Of a stretch of DNA of 64,000 nucleotides, positions 11,934 to 22,386 are shown piece by piece. This DNA comes from Chthoniobacteraceae bacterium. GTDB taxonomy: Bacteria > Verrucomicrobiota > Verrucomicrobiia > Chthoniobacterales > Chthoniobacteraceae. The translations under genes and the position numbers were made by a program. The stretch is taken from NCBI GenBank assembly GCA_031409335.1, contig JANNWY010000186.1:1-64000 (forward strand), written 5' to 3'. The notes under the pieces are model-generated. The model ran no database searches, had not been told where the DNA came from, and was given only the letters and a program-made list of their open reading frames with translations. Position 1 is the stretch's first letter, and every line of letters begins with the position of its first letter.

Positions 11934-13619
11934 TTCTGCGGCGCGCACGGCGCGCATGTGGATCTGCGCGGAGACTGTGCCTTGATATTCGTTGCGTTCG
12001 ATGTTGAAGGCGATGTCCCACGGCAGGCGCGGCAGCTTTTCCGACACGGCCCCAAACCACACCGCGCGATACTCGTCGCCGCCCTGCCGCAGCATCAGCG
12101 AGAGATGTTTTTCCTTCATCACGCGCGGCCCGCCCGCGAGCGTGACGCCACGCGCAAAGAAGGTCGGTTGACGGTTGCCCATGCCAAACGGCTGGAGCGC
12201 GCAGTATTGCGCCAGCAGCTCGAAATTGATGTCGCCGATCGTAATCTCGACATCGAGATGCAGCCGTTCCTGAAGCTGCTCGGCATTTAGAATATCGAGC
12301 GCGCACGCGCGGAAGGCGTCGCGAAATTCCTCGAACGAATCGCGGCGCAGCGTGAGGCCGGCGGCCATTTCGTGACCGCCGTATTTTTCCAAATGCGACC
12401 CGCATTTCGTCAGCGCATACACCAGCGAAAGGCCGTCGATGCTGCGCCCGCTGCCGCGTCCCATGCCTTGTTCATCGAAGCCAATGACTAGCGAGGGCCG
12501 GTGATGCTGGCGCAAAAGTCGCGAGGCGACGATGCCGACGACGCCGGGATGCCAGCCATCGCCGCCGACCACGATCGCCGCATCGCGCGCCGGGTCGAAC
12601 CAGCCCGCGAGCTGCGCCTCGGCCTGCGCGAGCACGTGATCTTCGACCGAGCGGCGCTCGCGATTTTGCACATCGAGATCCGCCGCGATCGTGCGGGCGC
12701 GCGAGCGGTCTTCGGTGAGGAGCAGCTCGAGCGCGGCCTCGGCGGTGCCGAGCCGGCCGGCGGCGTTCATGCGCGGCCCGATTTTGAAGCCGACATCGGA
12801 CGGCGTCAGCGGCGGGCGCACGGCGGCGACATCCATCAGTTCGCGCAGCCCGATCGAAGTCGTCTTCGCAAGTTGCGTCAGGCCATGTTTGACGAGGATT
12901 CGATTTTCATCCGTGAGCGGCACGAGGTCGGCGACGGTCCCGAGCGCCACGAGGTCGAGATGCGCGCGCAGATCGAAGTCCGCGAGCGGGCGGCGCTTGA
13001 GCAGCGCGTGCGCGACTTTGAAGACGAGGCCGACGCTGCACAGATAGTGAAAAGTGTCGCCGCGTTTCGGGTTCACGAGCGCCGCGCAGTCCGGCAGCGC
13101 GCCTTTAATTTCGTGATGATCGATCACGATCGCCTCCACGCCGTCGGCTTTCAGCGCCGCGATTTCCGCGACGGAAGACGTGCCGCAATCCACCGCCACG
13201 AGGAGCTGCGGGTGAAACGTTTCGACGCAGCGATTCACGCCGTCCACGCTCAAGCCGTAACCTTCATCCGCGCGCAGCGGCAGGAAACTTTCCGGCTTCG
13301 CGCCAAATGCCCGCAGCACGCGCGTGAGCAGCGCGAGCGAGGTGACGCCATCGACATCGTAGTCGCCGTAAAGGACGATGCGCTCGCCGCGGTCGATCGC
13401 GGTGAGCAGGCGATCCACGGCGCGATCCATGTCCGGCAGGAGAAACGGATCGCTCAGCGTCTTCAGCCGCGGATCAAGGAAACAAGCGGCTTCCGGGCCG
13501 GTGGCGAATCCGCGCCGCGCGAGCAGCCCGGCGATGAACGGGGCGACACGGAGTTGCGCTGCGAGCGTTTCGACGGCAGTCGGATCGACGGGAGTGGGAG
13601 TGATCCAAAGAGGTGACAC
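11928..13619 (-). CDS. recJ: Single-stranded DNA-specific exonuclease RecJ
   Basis: YGDYDVDG, VDCG, IDHH, LGTVADLVPL, PRMNAAGRL, GSGRS, GGHEMAAG; GTG 13619 is the likely start. Confidence 0.96.
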   Translation of the reverse strand: MSPLWITPTPVDPTAVETLAAQLRVAPFIAGLLARRGFATGPEAACFLDPRLKTLSDPFLLPDMDRAVDRLLTAIDRGERIVLYGDYDVDGVTSLALLTRVLRAFGAKPESFLPLRADEGYGLSVDGVNRCVETFHPQLLVAVDCGTSSVAEIAALKADGVEAIVIDHHEIKGALPDCAALVNPKRGDTFHYLCSVGLVFKVAHALLKRRPLADFDLRAHLDLVALGTVADLVPLTDENRILVKHGLTQLAKTTSIGLRELMDVAAVRPPLTPSDVGFKIGPRMNAAGRLGTAEAALELLLTEDRSRARTIAADLDVQNRERRSVEDHVLAQAEAQLAGWFDPARDAAIVVGGDGWHPGVVGIVASRLLRQHHRPSLVIGFDEQGMGRGSGRSIDGLSLVYALTKCGSHLEKYGGHEMAAGLTLRRDSFEEFRDAFRACALDILNAEQLQERLHLDVEITIGDINFELLAQYCALQPFGMGNRQPTFFARGVTLAGGPRVMKEKHLSLMLRQGGDEYRAVWFGAVSEKLPRLPWDIAFNIERNEYQGTVSAQIHMRAVRAAES

Positions 13620-13705
13620 GGTTGTCCCAACGCTTAGTCCCAGCGATCCCGGAATGCCAACCGCGATTCCATTTGCCGGCGAAAGCACCGCGAAAATTGC
13701 GGGCG

Positions 13706-15013
13706 CTACACTGCGGAAAACGCCTCGCGATTTCTCCAGAGATAAAGCAGCCGCCGCGAGGAATTCGGATGCGTGGAACCGCGGTCGTCGATTTCCTCCG
13801 CGACGCTGAAGAGGACGCGATCGGCGTGGCGCTCGGTCTCGGCCATGAGCGCGGCGAGGTCGGGCATGGTCGGGCCGCCGGGCTTGCCGACGATGTCGCG
13901 GATGGACACCGGCACTTTCGCGATGCTGCGGAGCGCGCGCATCGTGCGGATGGAATCCTTCAGCGCGTCCTCGTCGGTGTCGCCGCTCTTGAAGATGTAG
14001 TTGTAGAAGCCGCGGACCGACGATGTTTCGTTCTCCGCCAGGCGGCGCTGGATGCCCTGCTCCATTTGCTCGCGGACCTGCCCGGTATTCACACCACCAA
14101 ACGGCAGCGCGTCTTCATAGGCCTGGAGCAAATCCTGAATTGGCACGTCAGTGTGTTTGAGTTTCGCCTCCATCACGCGCTGGAGCAGATCGCCGCGGGC
14201 CTCCTGTTCGAGGGCGATTTTCAGATCGCAGGTCATCGCCGGGAGCAGGCCCGCAGCGCGCGCGCCGTGATCGTCGCAGAGAAATTCGACGAGCCGGATT
14301 TGCGTGGTCCACGACGAATAGGCCGCCCAGCGCGCGATCCACAGCCCGAGCAGCGGAGCGCCGATGTAGATTTCCGTATTCCGCAGCAGATGCGCGATGA
14401 CGAGCGTGAGCACGCTGGCGAGCAGTCCGTGGATGAGCAGGCAGCGGCTGGCGATCGGCGAGTAGGGAAAGACGTGGCCGAGTTCGTGGGCGATGACGCT
14501 CTCGAGTTCCTTTTCATTGAGCAGATGGACGATGGAGCGGTTGAGTTGCACGCTGTTGAAAAGGCGCCAGCCGGGTAGCAGGTCGAGGCGCAGCGCATAC
14601 GCGTTCACATCCTTTTCCCGCGCCAGATAAACCCGCACGCGATGGCCCGCGAGGCCGAGGCGCTCCTGCACGCGTCGCGTCGCGGCGAGCAGCGAGTCGC
14701 GCGTGTGGTTGCCAAACCGCGCGTCGGGCCGCACGTCTTCGAGCCGTTTTCGATTGGTGAAAAACTGCGCCACCACGAAGTCGAACATCCCGAGAAATCC
14801 CGCGGTAAAAAGCAGTAGCGACTGCCAGCCGGGAAGGCGCTCCGGCTGCGCCGCCCACCACGCAAAACCGATAACGATGACCGCCGCCTCCAGCGCCAGC
14901 CAGAGCTTCGATCGGTTTTCGTGCGCGTAAAAGCTCTGCAGCAGCGCGTCGCGGGTTGGCGTGATGAGACGCCGCGGTTCCGGCAGCGGATGGGTGGCGC
15001 CTGGCGCGTCCAT
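13706..15013 (-). CDS. M48-family (HtpX-like) membrane metalloprotease
   Basis: NAYA, VIAHELGH, EFLCD, STHP; four hydrophobic segments. Confidence 0.85.
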   Translation of the reverse strand: MDAPGATHPLPEPRRLITPTRDALLQSFYAHENRSKLWLALEAAVIVIGFAWWAAQPERLPGWQSLLLFTAGFLGMFDFVVAQFFTNRKRLEDVRPDARFGNHTRDSLLAATRRVQERLGLAGHRVRVYLAREKDVNAYALRLDLLPGWRLFNSVQLNRSIVHLLNEKELESVIAHELGHVFPYSPIASRCLLIHGLLASVLTLVIAHLLRNTEIYIGAPLLGLWIARWAAYSSWTTQIRLVEFLCDDHGARAAGLLPAMTCDLKIALEQEARGDLLQRVMEAKLKHTDVPIQDLLQAYEDALPFGGVNTGQVREQMEQGIQRRLAENETSSVRGFYNYIFKSGDTDEDALKDSIRTMRALRSIAKVPVSIRDIVGKPGGPTMPDLAALMAETERHADRVLFSVAEEIDDRGSTHPNSSRRLLYLWRNREAFSAV

Positions 15014-15017
15014 CGCG

Positions 15018-15710
15018 TCAGGTGAAGGTCTGGAACAATCCGCGAATCATGCCCACGGACGGGCGCGCGCGCGTCTGGTAGATCAGATTTCCCGGCCCGG
15101 TGAATCGCACGATGAATCCCTCCCCCGAAAAGAACGAATCTTTCAACGACTTCGTGATCACGACGGATTCAAACTCGAGCGATTTCGAGAAGGCGACGAT
15201 GTTTCGATTATCGAGCACGAAGCGCTCGCCCTCCGCCAGGCTCTGCTCGATGACGCCGCCGTAGCTCGAAAGGAAGAGCGTGCCCGCGCCATCCGTGCGG
15301 AGAAAAAAAAGTCCGCGGGTCGCGAGCAGTCCTTTCACGCCGGCGTATTGCAATTTGAAGCCGAGGTCGGGCGTGCAGGCGAGGAACGCGCCGGGCGCGA
15401 GCATCAATCCGCTCTCCTCCGTGATTTCGACGGTGCGGATTTCCCCCATCTGCTCCGGCGCGAGCATGATGTGCTGCTCGTCGCGTTTCGCCTTGTAGAT
15501 CACGGTGAACAAATTCTCCCCGCCAAAGACGCTCCGCATCCCGCCAAAGAAGCCGCGTTTTTCCCCGCGCTGAAGGCCCAGCTTTACCTCGACGTGAAAG
15601 CCAGGCGTCATCGCCTGCATCGCACCGGGCTGCGCGAGGATCGACTCGCCCTCGTTCATGTCGAGCCGCAGCGTGGAAAATGCGGGCGCGTGGAGAATCT
15701 GATGTCGCAT
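15018..15710 (-). CDS. AIM24 / TIGR00266-family protein
   Basis: GESILAQPGAM, FGGENLF, GEGFIVRFTGPG.LIYQTR. Confidence 0.88.
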   Translation of the reverse strand: MRHQILHAPAFSTLRLDMNEGESILAQPGAMQAMTPGFHVEVKLGLQRGEKRGFFGGMRSVFGGENLFTVIYKAKRDEQHIMLAPEQMGEIRTVEITEESGLMLAPGAFLACTPDLGFKLQYAGVKGLLATRGLFFLRTDGAGTLFLSSYGGVIEQSLAEGERFVLDNRNIVAFSKSLEFESVVITKSLKDSFFSGEGFIVRFTGPGNLIYQTRARPSVGMIRGLFQTFT

Positions 15711-15774
15711 GATGCGTTTGGCGTTGCTGGAAAATGAACGCGCAGGTGTCCTCTACACCGCGAATGGTCGCAAA

Positions 15775-16005
15775 CTAAATGTCCGAGTCCGCGCTGCCGC
15801 TCATCTTCTTGCGCACGATGTAGCCGATGGCGGCGATGGCGAGCATGATGCCAAGGAAGATGAAAAGCGCCACCATGCGGCTGACGCCGAGGACATCTTG
15901 GATGGTGGTAATGCAGATGTCATAGACGATGAAATAAATGAACGTTCGAACGATGCCGCCGAAGCCGCCTCGCGCCACGATAGGAGTGATAGAAAAGCTA
16001 TCCAT
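15775..16005 (-). CDS. Small membrane protein
   Basis: Two hydrophobic segments with a basic tail; co-oriented with the AIM24 and M48 genes. Confidence 0.6.
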   Translation of the reverse strand: MDSFSITPIVARGGFGGIVRTFIYFIVYDICITTIQDVLGVSRMVALFIFLGIMLAIAAIGYIVRKKMSGSADSDI

Positions 16006-16175
16006 AATTCCTGGAGATTCGGTGGTATGGCGGTGGGGAATCAAGAGAAAATTTACTTCACTGAACTTGACCGCCTCTCCGCTTTTGCGTAGCCGTTAGA
16101 CTAATCCCCGAACGAAGCTCGCTGCGTCCTTCCCGCGGGAATTTGGTGCAGCTCCCGGGATCGGAAAACATCGTC

Positions 16176-17339
16176 ATGAAAACCCATCCAAAAACCACGC
16201 TCACTCCCGCTGCGGCGGCATTCATCGGCGTCTTTCTCGCATTCCCCGGCATCGTGTCCACGGCCAGGGGCGCGGCGGTGGCTTACACCCATGCGTTGCT
16301 GGCAAAGATGGGTGACGTCGTCGGCGGGAAAACGCTCACCGGTTTCCAGAACGCTCCGCATATCAATGATGCCGGCACTGTCGTGTACGAGGCCGATTTT
16401 TCCGGCGGCACCGGCGTTTTTTCGCAGACCGGGCTGCTCGTTTCTACTGGCCAGACTATCGACGGCAATACCCTGCTCGGACTCCAGAGCAGCGCTTTGC
16501 TCAACAACGCGGGCACCACCGCATTTCTCGGCGCGTTTAATGGCGGCACCGGCATTTTCACGCAAAACCAAGTGCTCGCCGCGACCGGCCGCATCGTCGC
16601 CGGCAAGACCTTCCTCGCGCTCCCGAGCCTGCCCTCGCTCAACTCCGCGGGCACTGCCGCGTACTTTGCGACATACAACGGCGGCAGCGGCATCTTCACC
16701 CAAACCACCCAAGTCGCGGTGACTGGCCAGACCATCGGCGGCAAATCGCTCACCGGCCTCGGCGCTCCGTCGCTGAACGACGCCGGCCTCATCGCCTTCC
16801 GCGGCGTGTTCAACGGCGGCAGCGGCATCTTTACCCAAAACGGATTGCTGATCGCCACCGGCCAGACGCTCAGCGGCAGGACGCTCACCGGATTCGGCGT
16901 GCTGCCATCGTTGAATGACAACGGCGACACCGCCTTCCTCGCCGACTACAGCGGCGGCACTGGCATCTTTACCCAGGCCGGCCTGCTCGTCGCCACCGGC
17001 CAGGTCATCGGCGGCATGACCCTCACCGATCTCGGCGATCCCTTTCTCGGAAACGACGGCACGGTCGCGTTCCTCGCTTTTTTCAACGGCGGCCAGGGCA
17101 TCTTTACGCAGGATAGTCTCGTCGTCGCCACGGGCAGCATCGTGGATGGGAAAACCATCGCGACCCTCGGGCCGCCGTCGCTGAACAGCAGCGGATCGGT
17201 GGCCGTCACCGCCACATTCACGGACGGGACGCGGGGCGTCGTGCTTGCCAGCGTCGCCGTCCCCGAGCCCGGCACCGGCGCGCTGCTCGTCGCGGCAGCT
17301 GCGCTCGCGAGCGCTGGGCGCCGTCGTCGCGGCCGCTAA
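16176..17339 (+). CDS. PEP-CTERM protein with seven 45-46-aa NxxGxxAF tandem repeats (probable beta-propeller)
   Basis: Signal peptide; repeats LNxxGxxAF..GGxGIFTQ; C-terminal VPEPGTGALL..RRRRGR. Confidence 0.9.
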   Translation: MKTHPKTTLTPAAAAFIGVFLAFPGIVSTARGAAVAYTHALLAKMGDVVGGKTLTGFQNAPHINDAGTVVYEADFSGGTGVFSQTGLLVSTGQTIDGNTLLGLQSSALLNNAGTTAFLGAFNGGTGIFTQNQVLAATGRIVAGKTFLALPSLPSLNSAGTAAYFATYNGGSGIFTQTTQVAVTGQTIGGKSLTGLGAPSLNDAGLIAFRGVFNGGSGIFTQNGLLIATGQTLSGRTLTGFGVLPSLNDNGDTAFLADYSGGTGIFTQAGLLVATGQVIGGMTLTDLGDPFLGNDGTVAFLAFFNGGQGIFTQDSLVVATGSIVDGKTIATLGPPSLNSSGSVAVTATFTDGTRGVVLASVAVPEPGTGALLVAAAALASAGRRRRGR

Positions 17340-20300
17340 AAGCCCGGCACTTTCACCCGATAGAAGCGCTGCGGCTGCGCGGTGGGATCGGCGCGTTCGA
17401 TCGTGGTATCGCTCGCCGGCGCGGGGATGGTCGCAAGCGTCTGCCAGTCGGCATCGGTTAGCGCGTCTTTGAATTCGACGACGTATGCGCGGCCAGCCTT
17501 TGCGGTAAAACGGACAACAAAGCCCGGGCCGGGCACCGCCGCGGAAACCTCCGCCTTCAACACATCGCCAGCATTCCGCGGATTCGTGCCGGAGAGATAC
17601 TCGGCGAAATTGCCCTGCCCGTCGCCGTCGGCATCCATTGCCGCGTCGGTGCCATCGAAACGGTCGAGACCGTTCGCAGTCTCCCACGCGTCGGGAAGGC
17701 CATCGCCGTCGCTGTCGAGAAGCGGTGTTTGACCCACATTCACATTCCCGGGAGTCGGCGTCTCGGCGGTCCAATTCCCCACGTCGCTCCCGATCTGCGC
17801 GCGGCTGAGGCGCTGGAGCGAATGGCCCGTGCCATCCGGCGCGACCGGCCACGGCGCGGCATCCGTGTATTCGATTTTGTCCACGCGGATGAATGGTGTG
17901 ATCCCACCGACGGCCTCGCTGGCGTAGCCGAGTTCGATGTTCGCCGTGCTGTTGGAAAGTCTCGGCGCATACGGTCCGAAAATCGTGGCGTTCGCCGGGA
18001 GGTTGTAGGCTGCGAGGAAGGCGTTCAGCGAGACGGAATCGGTCGCCGGATTGAACGAAACAACGAGCGCGTACTCGCCGGGCCGGATCGTCGCGCCTAC
18101 TCCGAACACACAATCGACATCGCCCCGCAGCCTCCAGCCAGCGAGGTTTTGCGGACTGGTCGCGAGGTTGTGCAGTTCGATGAATTCATCGCGCCCATTG
18201 TCGGTGCCGGGCAGGATCGGGGGGAAATCCGCGGGATGATACATCACTTCATTGATGACGATCGGCCCGGTCTTCGGCGCCGCATTCACCAGTCCGAAAG
18301 TGCGCGCCACGAGCGGCCAGAATTCAGGCGTCGTCGCGCCTGCGAGATTCCCCGTGTTCACCCGCCCAAACGGCACGCCATCCAATGCCGCGCCGAAGCT
18401 GACTTGCGCGCGATAGCCAGTTAGCACGCCGCCGCCATCCACCGCCGACAGGATCACTTTCTCGCCGAGAGCATCCAGCGAGAAGCTAGTCCCCGCGCCG
18501 GGTGCGGGGTTGAACTGGCTTTCCAAAAACACTGCGAACCCGCCCGCGGGCAGCGTCGTTCCGGGCGGGATTTGGAATCTTCGCAAGGCCTGAATATCGT
18601 CGCTCAGCCACCAGCCGCCGATGTCCACCGGATCAGCGCTCCCATTGAAAAGCTCGATCGTGTCCCCGAGTGGCGGGGTGGAGTTGGTGAGCGCTTCATT
18701 GATGACGACCGGCGCGGGCAGCCAGTTGCTTTCACCGGGTGAAGGGGATTGCGGAAACGAATGGATCACCGCATTTCCATCCGGGAATCGCCCCTGCGAA
18801 ATCCCGCGCTCCTGCGCTCCGAACTGAATCGCGGCAAGCGTCGTCAGGCCGTTGGTGGTGGTGAGAATCAGGTCATCACCGGCACCACCGAGCTTGAAGT
18901 TGACACTGTTGAAGCCATCGGTGGTGCCGTCGGCGTTGAACTTCGTGAAGCCATTCGGCTCGATGAAAGTCAGTGCGGGAATTTGCGTGATCTTCGGCGT
19001 GGCCGGCGTGTCGCTGAGCCACAAGGAACCGAGCGCAATGGGTGCGGCATCGGGATTGAATAACTCGAACCAATCCGAGCCCGAAAGTGGGTCCGCCATC
19101 CATTCGTTGAACTTCAGACTGGTGGCGTCCGTGCCAAAGGCGTGGGCCACGTTCGCGGCGCCGATGCTCGGATCGTTCAAATTCCACGCCCCCGTCCCGT
19201 TCGCGATGCGACCGATCGGAAGGTCCGGCACCTGCGGTCCGAAACTGATCGCGTCACGCACCACTCCGGCCTGGATAAGGATCACGCGCTGGCCGCGATC
19301 GTTCAGCCCAAATCCGGCGTGCAGGCCGGGAAGCAGCACGTCGCTGTCGCACCAAATGACCAGATAGCCGCTGGCCGGCAGTTTTGTGCCGGCAGGAAAG
19401 GCATACTTGTTCGGCACCAGTTCGTCGTCCGTGAGCGTCCAGCCCGTGAGGTCCACCTCCAGCGCGGTATTGTTCTTTAGTTCCACATAGTCGGGATAGG
19501 TCGTGGCATTGGCAACCGCCGAACGATTGTCAGCCATGATCTCGTTGAGCACGACGTTGCCTGCCGTAGTGGATGTCGGGCCGTAAGAAAACGACCTTTC
19601 CGCCGACGTAATCGACGGGTGACCCAGGGCATCGAAGTAAGTCGCCCGCCAGAAGTAAGTCTGCCCAAAGGTTAGTTGCCCAAATGGGATGGGCAGCGCA
19701 GTAAGATTTGGCGGGCCGAGTTTCGCCAGGTAAATGGGATCGTCATAGTTCCCGGCCGCTGTCCTGATTTCCCACTTTGTGAAGGTATGCGGACTGACGG
19801 AAGGTGCGGCGGTGTGAGTGCTCGCCGCGTTGTAGCCGTAAGCGGAAGTCGTCAGCGAAACACCGGGCAATACTGCCGCGCCATTCGCAGGCGCAGCCGC
19901 CGTTGGCCGGGTGGGCTTGTAAAAGATGCCCAGGGCAACTTGAGAGTTGACCGAGGTGAAACGATTCGCAGCAAAGCCACCAGCCAGGCCGTTGATGTAG
20001 CTGTGGTAAGTGCTACTGGCTCCGCTGGCGGTCACGTAAGTCAGCGTTTGCAGGTTCTCGGGATCAAGCAGGGTATTGTTCAGAAACCACATGCGCTCCT
20101 TGAACTCGTTTCGAAACGCCTTGATGAAGCCATCCTTCACATAGTTGGGGCCGCGGGAATTGTTATTGGCATTACCGACCTCGCCGAGATAGATCGACGA
20201 GGAAGACGAGGTGCCGTCGCCTGTCCCATACATGGCATCGAAATCCCACAGCAGCCGCACCCACTTGCCGTTCGCGCGCCGCCAGAGGAAGTGATTCTGC

Positions 20301-22300
20301 GTGGTGTCGTCCCACGGACACATCCAGTTGCCAAGCGCCATGGACGTCAGTTCCGTATCCACATCCCAGTTCGCCTGAAACCATGCTTTCAAGTTCACCA
20401 GATTCGGATTCGGTGCCGTATGCGTATCCCCCCGCGCCGTCCACATCCCGTTCACCGTGTCTTTGATGGGTTTGGCACCTTTCCAATTGTGATTCTGGAG
20501 CGAGTAAGTGTAGTCGAAGCGCTGCAATTCCGTCCACGGACCGGAGGCAGGCAGCCGCCACTCGTTGCCGCTTCCGTAGGGTCCCTCGCCAGCGGTGTTC
20601 GGTGAGATGATGAAGCCAACGGACTTGTAATACTCGCCCGTCTCCTCCTTCACCGAACCAGGATTGAGGCGTTGCATCTTTTCATGGTAGGCATCGAGCA
20701 GTTCACCGTTGTATTCGCCTTGCTCAAGCCGCGTGATCACACTGTCCGTGTTGAAATACCAATCGACGTAACGCACTGTGGAGAGCGGCAGACCGGCGAG
20801 TTGGTGCAGACCGTGCGCGGTCATGAAGTAATCGGTTTTGTCCGTCTCGAAGACCGAGGTGATCTCGTTCCCTGCGCCATCTCGAAATGGCAGGTACTCA
20901 GCAAAGAACACTTTGAACGACTTGCGGCCTGGGTTGCGATTGTAGCGGCTGCCGTGGTAACGGATCTGGATGTCGCGCACGATGCCGTTGTTGACGAAAA
21001 CCCCTGGCACGGTGTCGTTCCACAGCCGGTCCGTGGGCAGCACTTTGGGAATCTCGCGGGGCTGGCCGGAGATGTCCGTCGAGGTCACGCGCTTGGGGCT
21101 GCCGTTGCTGCTGTATGCCAATGACTGAAAGCCATTGAGTCCATTGAAGCGCGCCTCGTTTGCAGTGCCATCGGTGGGAACCAGGACATCGTAGATCTGC
21201 CGCGTCGAAGTCCGCACCGGCGAAACAAACCAGGCATACCAAGCTTCACGCCGCGCAGGCAGTCGCTTTGGCGGGCTGGCCTGATAAGTGGGTGCGCCGA
21301 CCTGCACCACCGCAGGATCATCGACGCGCGGGGCGACGACCTCCAAGCCGTCGCCAAGGTTGGCTTTGATTCGGTAGCGCACGAGGGTCCGGTTTGGCTG
21401 TCCTGGGAGCATTGCGATGAACTGGCCGTTGCCGCTGGCGGTCATGGTGACGGTGGTCTTCACCTCGTTGAAGGCGTTCATATTCTCGACGAAATACTCG
21501 ACCTGAACATCGGCAGGCGATGCCATGCTCGAGAATGAACAAGTGATTTTAACTTGCTGGGTCGCGCGAATGATCGCCGCACCGTCGGATGCTTGTGTCG
21601 CCAGATACTCGGTGACGACCGGCTTCGGAAAGTTGCGCGAGACGATGTTTTCCGCACCCGGCGTGGGCTGGTCTGCAAAAGTAACGGGGTTGCTGGCAAG
21701 CCGCACGGCAATCCAGTTCGCGGGATCGTTCGCTGGCGCAGTCGCGCTTACCCGCTGAAGCGACCGGCCCTTGTATTGATAGGTCGCGGAATCAAGCCCG
21801 GTGAAATCGTCGCTGGCGCCCAGCGCGTCCGCGCTGATCGGCCACGGAAAATCCGATCCATAGGTCACCGCGTCCACCGCGGTTCCGGCGGCATCGAGCA
21901 GCCGCACCGTGTCGCCCTTGTTTGAAAGAACTCCCGCATAAGGTCCGAGCGCGCCGGTGATGCCATAGACGTTCTGGATACGGCCGGGATTCTTCGCGAT
22001 GACCTTGAACCCGCCGACCGGAAGCAGCGTGCCTGGGTCAAAAGTAAAGTCGATCCCGCTGGTAAGCCTCCACCCACTGAGGTCGATGGCCCTCGCGCCT
22101 GCGTTGTGGATTTCCACGAATTCATGCACATCATCGGTGAGGTCCGCGGGCGTGTTTTCCGGGTATATCGGATTTCCCGCGGTATCAAAGCGCGGATTCT
22201 CCACTGGATGATAGTGGATTTCGTTGATAACGACCTGCGCAGAGACCGCCTGCAAAGCAGTGGCGGCGAGGATTGGAAGGAGAAATCTGAGGGTGAACAT
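17336..22300 (-). CDS. Secreted multi-lamin-tail-domain / CotH-kinase-like protein
   Basis: Signal MFTLRFLLPILAATALQAVSA; several (V)INE..E(F/Y)VE(I/L).N..DLSGW.L LTD motifs; CotH-like RYHGS, QNHFLW, LWDFD; DSDGDG; ends RFYRVKVPGF. The ORF-track start at 22711 is not credible. Confidence 0.85.
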   Translation of the reverse strand: MFTLRFLLPILAATALQAVSAQVVINEIHYHPVENPRFDTAGNPIYPENTPADLTDDVHEFVEIHNAGARAIDLSGWRLTSGIDFTFDPGTLLPVGGFKVIAKNPGRIQNVYGITGALGPYAGVLSNKGDTVRLLDAAGTAVDAVTYGSDFPWPISADALGASDDFTGLDSATYQYKGRSLQRVSATAPANDPANWIAVRLASNPVTFADQPTPGAENIVSRNFPKPVVTEYLATQASDGAAIIRATQQVKITCSFSSMASPADVQVEYFVENMNAFNEVKTTVTMTASGNGQFIAMLPGQPNRTLVRYRIKANLGDGLEVVAPRVDDPAVVQVGAPTYQASPPKRLPARREAWYAWFVSPVRTSTRQIYDVLVPTDGTANEARFNGLNGFQSLAYSSNGSPKRVTSTDISGQPREIPKVLPTDRLWNDTVPGVFVNNGIVRDIQIRYHGSRYNRNPGRKSFKVFFAEYLPFRDGAGNEITSVFETDKTDYFMTAHGLHQLAGLPLSTVRYVDWYFNTDSVITRLEQGEYNGELLDAYHEKMQRLNPGSVKEETGEYYKSVGFIISPNTAGEGPYGSGNEWRLPASGPWTELQRFDYTYSLQNHNWKGAKPIKDTVNGMWTARGDTHTAPNPNLVNLKAWFQANWDVDTELTSMALGNWMCPWDDTTQNHFLWRRANGKWVRLLWDFDAMYGTGDGTSSSSSIYLGEVGNANNNSRGPNYVKDGFIKAFRNEFKERMWFLNNTLLDPENLQTLTYVTASGASSTYHSYINGLAGGFAANRFTSVNSQVALGIFYKPTRPTAAAPANGAAVLPGVSLTTSAYGYNAASTHTAAPSVSPHTFTKWEIRTAAGNYDDPIYLAKLGPPNLTALPIPFGQLTFGQTYFWRATYFDALGHPSITSAERSFSYGPTSTTAGNVVLNEIMADNRSAVANATTYPDYVELKNNTALEVDLTGWTLTDDELVPNKYAFPAGTKLPASGYLVIWCDSDVLLPGLHAGFGLNDRGQRVILIQAGVVRDAISFGPQVPDLPIGRIANGTGAWNLNDPSIGAANVAHAFGTDATSLKFNEWMADPLSGSDWFELFNPDAAPIALGSLWLSDTPATPKITQIPALTFIEPNGFTKFNADGTTDGFNSVNFKLGGAGDDLILTTTNGLTTLAAIQFGAQERGISQGRFPDGNAVIHSFPQSPSPGESNWLPAPVVINEALTNSTPPLGDTIELFNGSADPVDIGGWWLSDDIQALRRFQIPPGTTLPAGGFAVFLESQFNPAPGAGTSFSLDALGEKVILSAVDGGGVLTGYRAQVSFGAALDGVPFGRVNTGNLAGATTPEFWPLVARTFGLVNAAPKTGPIVINEVMYHPADFPPILPGTDNGRDEFIELHNLATSPQNLAGWRLRGDVDCVFGVGATIRPGEYALVVSFNPATDSVSLNAFLAAYNLPANATIFGPYAPRLSNSTANIELGYASEAVGGITPFIRVDKIEYTDAAPWPVAPDGTGHSLQRLSRAQIGSDVGNWTAETPTPGNVNVGQTPLLDSDGDGLPDAWETANGLDRFDGTDAAMDADGDGQGNFAEYLSGTNPRNAGDVLKAEVSAAVPGPGFVVRFTAKAGRAYVVEFKDALTDADWQTLATIPAPASDTTIERADPTAQPQRFYRVKVPGF

Positions 22301-22386
22301 CGGGGATGGGCGAATCAGGTCTGGCGGGTGAGAGACTAGCCTCAATCGGCGGCACCGCAACGCCGCGCGAACCGTTGTCTGCCGCG

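Noticed and set aside
16400..17120. Recurring GGCGGCA(C/G)CGGCAT(C/T)TT every 135-138 bp
   Set aside because: Explained by protein repeats within the PEP-CTERM CDS
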